Assembly: GCA_963769935.1 (NCBI GenBank)
Contig: CAVYNY010000010.1
Location: 416,001 to 480,000, forward strand
Direction: 5' to 3'
From: an uncultured delta proteobacterium
GTDB taxonomy: Bacteria > Desulfobacterota > Desulfobacteria > Desulfobacterales > JAFDCJ01
DNA length: 64,000 nt
A program made the translations under genes and the position numbers. The first letter of the stretch is position 1; each line of letters begins with the position of its first letter. This document shows positions 40,851 to 51,940 of this stretch, one piece after another. The notes beneath the pieces were generated by a model. The model was given only the letters and a program-made list of their open reading frames with translations, was not told the DNA's origin and made no database searches.

Positions 40851-41023
40851 ATTGTCTCCCTATTAAAAGTCAGAAAACGTGGCCTGAAAATGCACATGTG
40901 CAATTAATACATTTTAGCCACCCCGATAGCAAGGATTCATTTCCTTCAATCTCCACCTCTTAACGGAAGGGGTTTTACCGCAGCAATTAGGTCGGCGATT
41001 AAATTTTGATTTACTGAAGACAT

Positions 41024-41386
41024 CTATCCACCGGCAAGTTTTGCGGTAAATCCCCGATTCGTTAATTCGGTGATCAAGGTGTCCCTGTGCTCACCCTGTA
41101 TTAGGATGACGCCGTCTTTTATCGAGCCACCGGTCCCGCAGCGCCGCTTCAATTCGGCGGTAAGATTTTTTAATTCATCGGCATTCAGTTGGAAACCGGA
41201 GACTGTCGTCACGGTTTTACCTTTGCGTCCCTTAACTTCACGCTGGACCCGAATGATGCCGTCAATTTTTATGCTCGCCGGTGAGCTTGGTTTTTTCTTT
41301 TTGCAGATGCAGTCGGCAACGGGCTTTTGACAAGATTGACAGATTTTGCCTGATTCTGTTGAATACACTAATCGGGAATTATCCAT
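41024..41386 (-). CDS. yciH: SUI1/YciH translation initiation factor family protein
   Basis: LVYSTESG, KGRKGKTVT, LKRRCGTGGSIKDG.I.IQGEHR. Confidence 0.92.
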   Translation of the reverse strand: MDNSRLVYSTESGKICQSCQKPVADCICKKKKPSSPASIKIDGIIRVQREVKGRKGKTVTTVSGFQLNADELKNLTAELKRRCGTGGSIKDGVILIQGEHRDTLITELTNRGFTAKLAGG

Positions 41387-42061
41387 TTATTCTATCGGTT
41401 CAATGCATGACGGGTTGTTATTGCGCGTCGAATTAACTTCCTTCGACACAGGATAGCTTGCCAATTCGGTTATAATCTCATTTTTCAATATTTCGTTCAA
41501 TTCAGCCACATTCTGATTTCCAGGATCCAGCCAGGGTTCATAAACCTGTGGTTTAAGGATGACAGGCATCCGATGATGGATATCACGTATTGAGTCACTG
41601 GCCTGGGTGGTTATGATTGTGCAGGATTTGTAAATTGGGTCTGGATCAGCCTTTTGGTTCCACGTTTCCCAGAGCCCGGCAAACGCAAATGGTTTTTTAT
41701 CCGGCAACGTAATGAACATGGGCTGCTTTTCACCCTTTGCGCCTTTCCATTCATAATATCCATCTGCGAGTATCAAGCATCTTCGTTTCTTGAAGGCGTT
41801 GCGGAAACTCGGCTTTTCGGCTACCGACTCCGCTCGAGCGTTTATCATTTTATTTCCGATAGAGACATCTTTTGCCCAGAAGGGAACAAGACCCCAGTGG
41901 AATTTATCAAGCCAATTTTCAGCATCTTTTTTAAAAATAGTGAGGATCTCTTGTGAGGGGGCAACATTGAAGTTGGAAGCGGCCTCGCAGGCCGCCTTGT
42001 CGATGGGGAAGTAGGCCTCCAGTTCCCTCAAACTGCGATATCCAACAAATCTGCCGCACAT
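41387..42061 (-). CDS. SOS response-associated peptidase (SRAP/YedK/HMCES family)
   Basis: MCGRF N-terminus, INARAE, DGYYEW, IHHRMPVIL. Confidence 0.95.
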   Translation of the reverse strand: MCGRFVGYRSLRELEAYFPIDKAACEAASNFNVAPSQEILTIFKKDAENWLDKFHWGLVPFWAKDVSIGNKMINARAESVAEKPSFRNAFKKRRCLILADGYYEWKGAKGEKQPMFITLPDKKPFAFAGLWETWNQKADPDPIYKSCTIITTQASDSIRDIHHRMPVILKPQVYEPWLDPGNQNVAELNEILKNEIITELASYPVSKEVNSTRNNNPSCIEPIE

Positions 42062-42410
42062 TAAGATCACCTGTCCTTTTTGGTTTTAAATTTAATTCCT
42101 GAAATTGAAACGCACAATCAACTGAAATTATTATTATTTAATTATCGAACCCGGATTTGGTTGTCAAGGCACATTTTTATCAGACGAAAATTTGGGTAAG
42201 GCAACCTTCCTATCACATCAGCACCCGTGACACCTACTGGATACTTCCAGGTTATGCATGCCATATTAAGTTGAAAAAATGCTTATGGAATCCATTTAAT
42301 AGACGATAAATATAAGCAAGTCCCAATGTATATTTTTAGGAGCTGAGCTGACAAAGTTTTTACCGGCCTGCCAGGAACATTGCTAAATGACTTCAGACTG
42401 ATGGAATAAA

Positions 42411-43535
42411 ATGAGTTCCACCGAAATCGCTTTCAAAGTAGTTTATGAAACCAACTGCCCATTTTACAAGGCAGACGACGAATTCAAATTGTCGGGTAAT
42501 GCACTGTCTCTGGAACTCGATAGAGAAAACACGTTCATCTCGACCGCTATTGTCAGATTCCCAAATCATAGGACTGCCTGCCGTATTTTAATCGCTGACC
42601 TCATAAGTGTTCTGATCCAATACAAAAATATCGATAAAATTCCTCCAGTTGAAATGGAGTGCAGCGGTTGCAGCGGACTTATTCGAGTGCAAATGGGTAA
42701 TGAAAAGCACTTCAAGCCCCTGGCCGTCACGGACAGCGCATCCGAAAGACTGGATCTCGTCGCAAGCCTGTTAAGCAATTTTTCCATTTTCGAATCGGTT
42801 GACGAGTTCAATCTCAGAACCATTGTTTCTCTTCTAAAAATCAAAAAATATCCCAAGGGGTCGATTGTATTGAGAAAAGGAGCGCCGGCTCAAAATTTTT
42901 ATATTATACTGTCCGGCACGGCCGAAGTTTTGGATGATAGAGGTGCTTGTCTTTCCAGACTTTCCAAGAGTGACGTCTTTGGGGAGATGAGTTTGATCAG
43001 CGGTGATCCTATCGGCGCCACGATCAAAGTGGTGGAATCCGCCACCATTTTGGCTATTGAGGGATCGGATTTCCGAGAAATATTGAATAAATTCCCATCC
43101 GTTCAAATGTACCTGGCCAAGATATTGACCAAACGGCTGGCAAAATCAAATGTCCAGAGAGCTGAAGAGATTACATCCGGAATGTCAGGCGACCTATCTC
43201 AAATGTCAGCTGGGGAATTGCTGCAAGCACTCGACTTATCTCAGAAAACCGGTATTTTGATATTAACTCTTCCAAACGGCTCGGCCCAATTGCTATTAGA
43301 CCGCGGCAATCTGATACGGGCGGACTATGGCAATAAGGTCGGAAAAGACGCAGTTTTTGAAATTCTGAAAGAAAGGAAAGGTCGATTTAAATTTAGTTCC
43401 AATTTGCCCGAAACTCAATTGGATGCCCCTAAGATAGGTTCTCTAATGGAAATCCTTCTGGACGCTGCGAGAATGATCGATGAAGAGGCTTGCGTTGACG
43501 AGCACGGTTCATCACATGGCGCCGCGCATGTTTAA
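42411..43535 (+). CDS. cNMP-binding domain + DUF4388 protein with Cys-containing N-terminal domain
   Basis: FGEMSLISG (cNMP), GDLSQMS..ELLQAL..SQKTG.L (DUF4388), CPFY/CSGC. Confidence 0.85.
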   Translation: MSSTEIAFKVVYETNCPFYKADDEFKLSGNALSLELDRENTFISTAIVRFPNHRTACRILIADLISVLIQYKNIDKIPPVEMECSGCSGLIRVQMGNEKHFKPLAVTDSASERLDLVASLLSNFSIFESVDEFNLRTIVSLLKIKKYPKGSIVLRKGAPAQNFYIILSGTAEVLDDRGACLSRLSKSDVFGEMSLISGDPIGATIKVVESATILAIEGSDFREILNKFPSVQMYLAKILTKRLAKSNVQRAEEITSGMSGDLSQMSAGELLQALDLSQKTGILILTLPNGSAQLLLDRGNLIRADYGNKVGKDAVFEILKERKGRFKFSSNLPETQLDAPKIGSLMEILLDAARMIDEEACVDEHGSSHGAAHV

Positions 43536-43753
43536 AACCTAAAAGATCCCAATTTTCACAACCTTTAAAGTGAACATTAAATTTTACCCGCCCCTCGTAG
43601 CGTCGGGGTTAATATCCCTGCCCGGTCAAATGACCGGGTCGTCTTTAAAGATCGCTTTGCGCTTCATTCCACGAACGATGTGTGATGCAGGCCAGGAGAG
43701 AAGCACCTAAGCCGATTCTACGCAGATATCTTGGCATCTAACAGATACAGATG

Positions 43754-43787
43754 AAAAAAAAGCAGAGCGAAAAATACGCCCTGCTTT
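43754..43787 (-). terminator. Rho-independent terminator downstream of pilin
   Basis: Minus strand AAAGCAGGGCG-loop-CGCTCTGC followed by T8. Confidence 0.6.
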
Positions 43788-43952
43788 GAATTAATTATTA
43801 ATTAAGGTAGGATTTATTCAATCAAATCAATTTTCAAGCATATTTTATTAGATATCATCCCAGGCCATGGTTCCCAAATCCCTTTCGCAAAGATCATCAC
43901 CATCAATGTCAGCCGCTAGACTGCAATTTAAATTATCAATGGCAGCTATTTT

Positions 43953-44345
43953 TTACTTTTGTTTCCAAACTGCCGGTTTTAGAAAGGAAGATGCCGACCG
44001 GCTTAGTGTAAAAGACTCATCTTTGAAATCTATAGTTCCGCCGGAAACTTTTGGGTCGCCTGAATTCCAGGAATAGTTGAGACCAAGGCCATAATTTATT
44101 TCGCCAAAAATTTTTGCATCGCTTACAAAACCACTTGTTGAGATTTTAGAATCTGCCCAGGTAAGGCTCTCTCTCGCATTAATTTCAGATACTGCTGTTT
44201 CAATAGCTTTTTTTCTGGCATTTACTTCTAAATCAACGTACCGCGGCACGGCAACAGCAGCCAATACGCCTAAAATAACCAAGACAGCGATAATCTCAAT
44301 CAGCGTGAAACCCGTATCCGTTAGCAGCAACTTTTGTCTGAGCAT
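43953..44345 (-). CDS. Type IV pilin / pseudopilin (MshA-like), copy 1
   Basis: G|FTLIEIIAVLVILGVLAAVAVPRY prepilin motif. Confidence 0.9.
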   Translation of the reverse strand: MLRQKLLLTDTGFTLIEIIAVLVILGVLAAVAVPRYVDLEVNARKKAIETAVSEINARESLTWADSKISTSGFVSDAKIFGEINYGLGLNYSWNSGDPKVSGGTIDFKDESFTLSRSASSFLKPAVWKQK

Positions 44346-44562
44346 AGATTTAAATAAATAATGAACGCGGCAATGCCTGAAATAGAATAAATATAGTATA
44401 AAAGTATTTTTAACTCGATTCCCCTCTTTTCCAAAAGAGAAGCCTCTCCGCCTCCTTTTTAAGGCGACTTGATTTTTAGTGGAGTCTTTTCCTTTTCATC
44501 CGAGGCTCCCCCCTTGGCATAGCCATTCATTGGCATAACCGGGCAAAATCACCATGGCGATG

Positions 44563-44579
44563 TGCAAAAATCATGCAGA
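44563..44579 (-). promoter_or_regulatory. Sigma54-like promoter variant upstream of pilin copy 1
   Basis: TCTGCATGATTTTTGCA (minus); consensus IHF site TATCAGTAGGTTA at 44607..44619. Confidence 0.5.
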
Positions 44580-44966
44580 ATCGGGTCATTAATAGCGATC
44601 TTGAAATATCAGTAGGTTATGGCTTGATAAGAATAATTATTAATTATATTTATGGCTTAAAAGCCATAATCCCTAGGAAATAAATTTCACAGCTGTAGGA
44701 ATCGGCGGCCGGCATCGAGCGGAATACGCAAAAACACATTGTGAATGTAAAATAACGATATAACCGTCGCGAAACACAAAAAAGAAAAAGAGAGACTGGG
44801 CAGCGATAAGATTTCCCCTATAAACAATCAGTCCGGGATGTGTTGCCTTGCATGCCGCATATTTTAATGAAATCGACCGCCAAGGATGCACGAGGTTGAA
44901 CGATTTCGAAAATAAGGGTATAAGAAAATATCATTGTCTGGGAATTCAATGCTTAAAGGGGGATAC

Positions 44967-45221
44967 ATGGATGGATTAGTTGTAATTATCGCTGCTGGTA
45001 TCGGGCTTTTGTTTCTGACTTTTATCGTATTGTTTGTTTGTTCAATCGTCATGAAATGGAACACGGCATTCAAAATATATTTTGGTTGCGCGGTTTTTTT
45101 GTTTTCTCATCTGCTGCTGTTTTATCTTGTGACTTTTGCTGAGAATATCCCCTTGCCATCAATTTTAACAAAATATTCTTTTGGCATATTGAATTTGATG
45201 GCAAAATTGCTTCCCATTTAA
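44967..45221 (+). CDS. Small hypothetical membrane protein
   Basis: GGGGGA RBS, two hydrophobic segments. Confidence 0.55.
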   Translation: MDGLVVIIAAGIGLLFLTFIVLFVCSIVMKWNTAFKIYFGCAVFLFSHLLLFYLVTFAENIPLPSILTKYSFGILNLMAKLLPI

Positions 45222-45247
45222 ATATGTAAAGATTTTGGAGAGATACG

Positions 45248-45760
45248 ATGCTCAAAAAAATCATTTCAGGAGGCCAGCCCGGTGTTGAGATGGCTTCCCT
45301 AGATGCCGCCCTAAAACTGGATATTCCACATGCAGGGTGGACTTATAAAAGGAAAAGAGCAGAAAACGGCGTATTGCTGGAGCAGTACGACTTAAAAACT
45401 ATAGATGTACCAAGCTACCATGTCAGGCTGGAGAAAAACATCATAAATTCTGATGGCACGATTATCCTTACTCATGGGCAATTGATAATTGGATCAAAAA
45501 TCATCAAAGACTTGGCAAAAAAACATAATAAGCCTTGTCTGTATATAGATCTTACCGAATGCGCTCTCAACCATGCTATATCATCGATTCGTAAATGGAT
45601 TCTCAACAATGAAATTGAGGCAGTCTACTTTACAGGTTCAAAGGCGGTTGGTCAATCCAGCGTATATGAAGAGACGATTCGGATAATCGAAGGTATTGTT
45701 ATGGTCGAAAGAGAGCAAGAAAGGCTGCCCGGGTTTCAACAAAAAGATGCTCCGTCTTGA
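45248..45760 (+). CDS. Putative molybdenum carrier / circularly permuted YpsA SLOG family protein
   Basis: MLKKIISGGQ.G...LDAAL...GW, NIINSDGTIIL, KPCL. Confidence 0.8.
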   Translation: MLKKIISGGQPGVEMASLDAALKLDIPHAGWTYKRKRAENGVLLEQYDLKTIDVPSYHVRLEKNIINSDGTIILTHGQLIIGSKIIKDLAKKHNKPCLYIDLTECALNHAISSIRKWILNNEIEAVYFTGSKAVGQSSVYEETIRIIEGIVMVEREQERLPGFQQKDAPS

Positions 45761-45818
45761 AGATTTAAAAAAGATATTCACTTTAAACGACCGCGGCAGA
45801 ATATTGGAATAGTATTTT

Positions 45819-46211
45819 TTACTTTTGTTTCCAAACCGCCGATTTTAGAGAGGAAGATGGCGACCGACTTAGTGAGAGAGACGCGCCTTTGAAACCTAAA
45901 CTTCCGCCGGAAACTTTTGGATCGCCTGAATTCCAAGAATAGTTGGGATCAAGGCTATAATTTATTTTACCAAAAATTTTTGCATCGCTTACATAACCAC
46001 TTGTTGATATTTTAGAATCTGCCCAAGCAAGGTTCTCTCTGGCATTAATTTCAGATATTACTGTTTCAATAGCTTTTTGTCCGGCATTTTCTTCTAAATC
46101 AATGTACCGCGGCGCAGCAACAGCAGCTAATACACCTAAAATAACCAAGACCGCGATAATCTCGATCAGTGTGAAGCCCGTTTCGTTTAGAAGTAACTCT
46201 AGTTTGAGCAT
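45819..46211 (-). CDS. Type IV pilin / pseudopilin (MshA-like), copy 2
   Basis: G|FTLIEIIAVLVILGVLAAVAAPRY; same length (130 aa) and colinear with copy 1. Confidence 0.9.
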   Translation of the reverse strand: MLKLELLLNETGFTLIEIIAVLVILGVLAAVAAPRYIDLEENAGQKAIETVISEINARENLAWADSKISTSGYVSDAKIFGKINYSLDPNYSWNSGDPKVSGGSLGFKGASLSLSRSPSSSLKSAVWKQK

Positions 46212-46554
46212 GAATTTAAATAATTAGTATTAATCCTGAGCAAATAACCGATGTATTGTTATTTTATGTAATTTTTGGTAACGATACTAACAGCATACCG
46301 AAAAAATTCTAATAATGCAATTCCGAAAAATAACCAATTAAAAATCAGTACAATACCGGTAATATTTATGATGGGCGGGCCACGGCAGGCGGCATTGTGA
46401 AACATCTCCCAAAAAAGCCATGGAACGATCTTCTAAAAAACAGGTTACCAACAATAGTCGGTGGGAAAGAAAATTTAAAGCGCTTGTTCGTTTCAAGAAA
46501 AAATACTGAATTTCCATAACCCGCTGTTCTTTTTTGAATTTTTCAAACAATTCG

Positions 46555-47667
46555 TCAATACATGCGGCGGCGAAAGAGCCAGGACGCGATACTGAGGGTA
46601 ACGATGCCGATGACGGCCAGCGGCCAAAACTGGTCGATGAGCAAGTGAAAGGGCGTGCCTTCCAGAAAGACTCCGCGCACGATTACCATGAAGTAACGCA
46701 TGGGATTGACCAGCGTTAGTTTCTGAACAATGGGCGGCATGTTGAGAATAGGGGTGGCAAATCCGGAAAGAATAATGGACGGAACTAGGAACATAAAAGC
46801 CCCCAGCAACCCCTGCTGCTGGGTTACCGAAAGCGATGAGATCATCAGTCCCACGCCGATGGCTGAAAGCAAAAACAAAAAAAGCCCGGTATACAGTGCC
46901 GGCAGGCTTCCCAGCAACGGAACCTGAAACCAGAAAACCGCCATCAGCAATGATAACCGTCGCTTCGACCGTACCGATGATAAATCCCGGCATCGCTTTG
47001 CCGATCAGAATCTCCCACGGGTGATAGGGCGTAACCAGCAATTGATCAAAGGTTCCCTGCTCGCGTTCGCGGGCCACCGACAGCGCTGTGACCAGCATGG
47101 TCACCACCAGCGTCAGCAGCCCGACGATGCCCGGCACGATAAACCAGCGGCTGACCAGGTTGGGGTTGAACCATGAGCGCACCACCAGGCGTGCCGGCGG
47201 TCCGGGCATGTCGTTTTCCGCGGCCCACTGCACGTTAAAATCATCGACAATTTTTTGCACATACCCCATGGCCAGCATGGCCGTGTTGGAATCGCGGCCA
47301 TCGAGGATGATTTGCACCGGCGCTGTTTTCCCGGTTTGCAGATCGCGGCTGAAGCGGGGCCCGATGTGCACCACCAGCAGTACTTGTTTGCTGTCGATCA
47401 GCGGGGCAATCTGATCATCGTGGCGTGATGGTGGCGACTTCGTTAAAGTTGGCTGATCCGCGAAAGCGGGCCACCAGCTCCCGCGAGGCTTCTCCGGGGG
47501 CTTTCATTGTAAACCGCAAATGGGACATTGGTGAGATCAAAGGTGGCGGCATACCCGAACACGAGAAGCTGGACCACAGGCGGTCCAATAATCACAAAGC
47601 GACTTTTGGGGTCTTTGAGCAGCGCCAGAAACTCCTTGATGATCAAAGCAATGATTCGTGATGCCAT
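46555..47667 (-). CDS. ABC-2 exporter permease (YbhR-like), frameshifted
   Basis: KEFLALLKDPKSR, AREREQGTFDQLLVTP, LSGFATPI..MP across 3 frames. Confidence 0.85.
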
Positions 47668-47677
47668 TAACAGCTTC

Positions 47678-48848
47678 CTAATCCAGTCGTTTACGGGTTT
47701 TTTTTCGCGTCAGGCCGATGAAAATCGTCGCCATGACCATCAGAGCCAGGGCGTTGGGCACATATTACATGCCAGACATCGCCCGCCAGAAATACGGTTT
47801 GCAGAATCGCAGACAAAGTAGCGCGCCGGGATGAGGTAGGTGATGGCGCTGGATGGCCGGCGGCATGCTGCCGATATCGAAAATAAATCCAGACAGGATA
47901 AACGCCGGCAGAAAGGTGGTAATGATGGCCACCTGTCCGGCAACAAATTGATTTCTGGCCATCGTCGAAATCAGCAGCCCCATCCCGAGAGCCGTCAGCA
48001 AAAACAGCGATGTTCCCAGTCAAAAGTACCCAGATCGACCCGCGCAGCGGAACCTTAAACTGCCAGACGGCCATGATAACGGACAGGGCCATGCCGCCCA
48101 TGCCCAGGATAAAATAGGGTACAATTTTTCCGATCAGAATTTCACGAATGGTGACGGGCGTGACCATCAGGGCCTCCATGGTGCCGCGTTCCCACTCCCG
48201 GGCCATCAGCAGAGCGGTTAACAGCGCGCCGATCAGGGTCATGATAACCGCCACCAATCCGGGCACCAGAAAATTGCGGCTGCGAAGATTGCTGTTGAAC
48301 CAGACGCGTTGCTCGATACGCACCGGGATGTTCAGTGGCCGGCCCCTTGCAACGGCATAGTCTTCAAGCCAATTACCGTACACGCCTTCTACGTAGCCTT
48401 CAATGATGCGGGCCGTGTTGGCGTCAACGCCGTTGACGATCAGTTGAATGGCGGCGTTATCGGGCGACCGCAACCGGCGTGAAAAATCCTCCCGCAGATG
48501 AACAATGGCGATGATGCGATGGGCTGCCAGGGCCTGCAGGGCCGCGTGCATCCCGTGCAGGTAAACCGGTTCAAAGTAGTGGGACTGTTCAAACGCTCCG
48601 CAAAGGCTGGCAGTATCCGGCGTTGGTTTTTCAACTACCAGTGCCAGCGGTACGTGTTCGGCGTCCAGCGAGACCCCGTATCCAAACAGTAAAAGCAGGA
48701 CCACGGGCAATACGAAGGCGATGCCCAAGCTACTGGGGTCACGAAAGGCCTGCAGAAACTCCTTGCGTATCAGGCCGCGCAGGCGCATAAGTGTGCGGCT
48801 TCTCGTTGACGGCCCGGCCCCGGGTGGGCTATTGTAATATGGCGTCAT
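47678..48848 (-). CDS. ABC-2 exporter permease (YbhS-like), frameshifted near the 3' end
   Basis: [38 protein letters not shown]; ends KRLD*. Confidence 0.85.
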
Positions 48849-50656
48849 GGGGTCTTTCCCGCCTCCTGTGACTGAATAACATGGATAAACGCGTCTTCCA
48901 TGGTCGGTGCGGGGCTGTCAGTTGAACGCGCCTGCTCTTTGATTTCCGACGGTGTCCCCAGAGCGAGGATTTCACCGGCCACCATGATCGCCATACGGTC
49001 GCAATACTCGGCTTCTTCCATGAAGTGGGTGGTGACCATGACCGTCACGTTTTGAGCGGCCAGCGCGTTGATGCGATGCCAGAACTCGCGGCGGGCCAGG
49101 GGATCCACACCGGAGGTGGGTTCATCGAGAAACAGGATATCGGGCTCGTGCATCAGCGCACAGGCCAGCGCCAGGCGCTGCTTGTAACCCAACGGCAGGG
49201 TCGCGCTGGTGGCGTCGAGCACGGGCGCAAGTTCAAACTGTTCGATAGCCCACTGAATGCGGGCGGTCCGGCGGTGGCCTTTCAGCCCGTAGGCGCTGCT
49301 GAAAAACTGCAGGTTTTGTCCCACACTGAGATTGCCGTAAAGGGAAAACTTCTGTGACATATAGCCGATTTTCGCCCGCGCCGCCGCCGCCGTGCGGCGG
49401 ACATCCACGCCGGCGATATGCAGGCTGCCCGCGCTGGCCGGCAGCAGGCCGCAAAGCATGCGAAAGGTCGTGGTTTTGCCCGCGCCGTTGGCCCCCAGCA
49501 GCCCGAATACCTCCCCTGTCCGGACGTTAAAACTTACACCTTTGACCGCATAAAAATCACCGAACCGGCGCTGCACGCCGCGTACCTCGATGATGAAATC
49601 TTCGGATTTGTTTTTGGTACCCCTGCGGGAGGAAAGCGATGGTATTGCAGCCGGAGACCGATTGGCTTTTTTTTGCCTGCGCTCGCCCAGCATGGCCACA
49701 AAACCGTCTTCAAAGCGCGGGGCAACCGCCTGCAGTTCAGCGCCATCAACCCCCGGCAGCAGTTTTTCCACCGCCGGCGTTGTTTGCGGCGCCAGCACCA
49801 GCCGCACGCCATCGCCCTGGATGACCGCATCGGTCACACCGGGTGTGACGGCCAGTTTTTCCTGTAAATGGCGATTTTTCATGCCGGAGGCCCGTACTTT
49901 AAAGGTTCGGCCCGCCAGCGGATCGCTGAAGGCTGCCGGAGGTCCATTGCCGAGTAGTTGGCCTTCGTAGAGAATGATCACCTCGTTGCAGCGTTCGGCC
50001 TCATCCAGGTAGGCGGTGCTCAGCAGCACGGTCGTTCCCTCCTGGTGCACGAAACGATCGACGATCTGCCACAACTCGCGGCGCGATACCGGGTCGACTC
50101 CCACGGTGGGTTCGTCAAGCAGCAGCAATTGCGGAGGTTGCACCAGCGTGCAGGCCAGCCCCAGTTTTTGTTTCATGCCGCCGGACAACCGCCCGGCCCG
50201 GCGCGAAGTAAAGGGTTCCAGGCCGGTCATGCGCATTAATTCCCGGTAGCGCCCGGGGCGCAGCTTTTTGACAACGCCTTGCAGATCAGCATAAAGGTCA
50301 AGGTTTTCCTGGACGGTCAGGTCTTCGTACAAACCGAATCGTTGGGGCATATATCCGACGGCCGCCTGTATGGATAGTGCATCCTGAACAATATCCATTC
50401 CCAGCACGTCGCCTTGTCCTGAGTCCGGCGGCAGCAGCCCGGCTGCCAGCCGCATCAGGGTTGTCTTGCCGGCCCCGTCGGGGCCGATCAAACCCGTGAT
50501 ACTTCCCCGTCGCAGGCGCAGGCTGATTTCATGCAGGGCCTCGATCCGGCGCCGCCCGGACTCAAAACTTCTGGTGACCGAGCGAAAGGTGAGAACGGCA
50601 TCGGCTTCCCCGGCACGGTTTGCATCGTTCGGATTTCCTATTGTAGGTGCCATCAC
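48845..50656 (-). CDS. ABC exporter ATP-binding protein, tandem NBD (YbhF-like)
   Basis: GPDGAGKTT, LSGGMKQK, DEPTVGVDP; GANGAGKTT, DEPTSGVDP. Confidence 0.92.
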   Translation of the reverse strand: MMAPTIGNPNDANRAGEADAVLTFRSVTRSFESGRRRIEALHEISLRLRRGSITGLIGPDGAGKTTLMRLAAGLLPPDSGQGDVLGMDIVQDALSIQAAVGYMPQRFGLYEDLTVQENLDLYADLQGVVKKLRPGRYRELMRMTGLEPFTSRRAGRLSGGMKQKLGLACTLVQPPQLLLLDEPTVGVDPVSRRELWQIVDRFVHQEGTTVLLSTAYLDEAERCNEVIILYEGQLLGNGPPAAFSDPLAGRTFKVRASGMKNRHLQEKLAVTPGVTDAVIQGDGVRLVLAPQTTPAVEKLLPGVDGAELQAVAPRFEDGFVAMLGERRQKKANRSPAAIPSLSSRRGTKNKSEDFIIEVRGVQRRFGDFYAVKGVSFNVRTGEVFGLLGANGAGKTTTFRMLCGLLPASAGSLHIAGVDVRRTAAAARAKIGYMSQKFSLYGNLSVGQNLQFFSSAYGLKGHRRTARIQWAIEQFELAPVLDATSATLPLGYKQRLALACALMHEPDILFLDEPTSGVDPLARREFWHRINALAAQNVTVMVTTHFMEEAEYCDRMAIMVAGEILALGTPSEIKEQARSTDSPAPTMEDAFIHVIQSQEAGKTP

Positions 50657-51712
50657 GAGCCGGACCCACCACCGGTATCGGGGTTGCGCGGTTGACTATT
50701 TTCCGGAAGGCTCTGATCGAGTTGAATCCTAACGGTAGCCGGCATGCCGAGGCGCAATTCGTCTTGCGGATTTTTGACGAAAATTCGCACCTGGTAAACA
50801 AGCCGGGTTCGGATTTCCGGGGTTTCCACGGGTTTGGGGGTAAACTCAGCCGTGGGCGAGATAAAGCCTACCCAGCCAGTGTAGCGTTTGCCCGGGAAAC
50901 TGTCGGTTGCCACTTGGGCTTTCATTCCTTCGCGAATTTTTCCCAGATCCGGCTCCGGCACATAGGCTCGCACCCAGAGCGGATCGGTCAAGGCGATGGT
51001 AAAAACCGGTTTTTGCGGTGAGGCCATGTCTCCGATTTCAAGGATTCGATCTCTGAATAATCCCGGCGCTGGGGGCATATAGAAAAGCGTTTTTCAGGTC
51101 ACGTCGTATCAGCCCGAGTTGGGCTTCGTAACGTTTCAGCAACGCCTTGGCGCCTGCGATATCTTCCTTGCGTGGCCCGGCAAGAGCCAGATCCAGCAGC
51201 GCTTTAGCCGCATTGAGCCGGGCGATGGCCGAGTTTTCAGCCGCGCGGGCATCGTCGAGCTGCTGCACGGAGGCGGCCTGCTGGGGAACCAGGCTCTTAA
51301 CGCGCCGGTAGGTTCGTTTGGCATCATCCAGTGCCGCTTCGGCGACGGCCACATCCGCCCGGGCCTTTCGAATTTCCTCGGCTCGTGTGCCCGCCTCGAG
51401 CCGGGCTACCACCTGCTGCTGGGTATTTACCTGGGCTTCATCACGGGCGACGGCCAGTTCAAAACGCTCGGTTTCCAGTTTTGCGAGCAGCTGTCCCTTT
51501 TTGATGCGGTCGCCTTCTTCCACCAGTAATTCGGCAATACGCTCACTGTCGTTAAAGGCCAGCTCCACCTGGCGAATATCGACATTGCCGTATAATACCA
51601 ACGCATCGGCCGGGCCTTTCTGCCGGTTGGACTCCCACAACCAGAAGCCGAAGCCGATAGCACCCAGCATCACTAAGACCAATATGAAACGAAGCTTTTT
51701 TTTGTTGGCCAC
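50653..51712 (-). CDS. HlyD-family periplasmic adaptor (YbhG-like), frameshift near 51045
   Basis: LYGNVDIRQV, helical hairpin, ISPTAEFTPKPVETPEIRTRLVY, LRLGMP. Confidence 0.88.
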
Positions 51713-51940
51713 CCGTTTTTCACCTTAAAAATGATCTTTTTAGTCGTTTTAGGACTTTCGCAGCGTTTCTCCCTCGGGGCGCAAGCCCTATAGTCCGGAA
51801 GCTTCGAAGTCTGCGCTGAACAATTACGAGCTTCCTAAAGCATAAGATAGTTAAAAAAAATGTAACTTGAAAGTGTACTTTACCCCTAATTGTTAGTTGT
51901 TCCTGATATATACTCTTCACGGAAATCTGCACAAGCCTAA

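Noticed and set aside
43617..43640. Hairpin CCCGGTCA-AA-TGACCGGG as an ncRNA
   Set aside because: Short isolated stem; most likely a REP fragment or terminator for the upstream gene
43953..44345. Electrically conductive (e-) pilin
   Set aside because: About 10% aromatic with F1, Y24 and W51, but it lacks the position-27 aromatic and looks MshA/pseudopilin-like
44530..44580. c-di-GMP-I riboswitch-like GGCAAA...GCAAA
   Set aside because: No GNRA tetraloop/receptor stem, and it is on the strand opposite the pilin; better explained as a promoter motif
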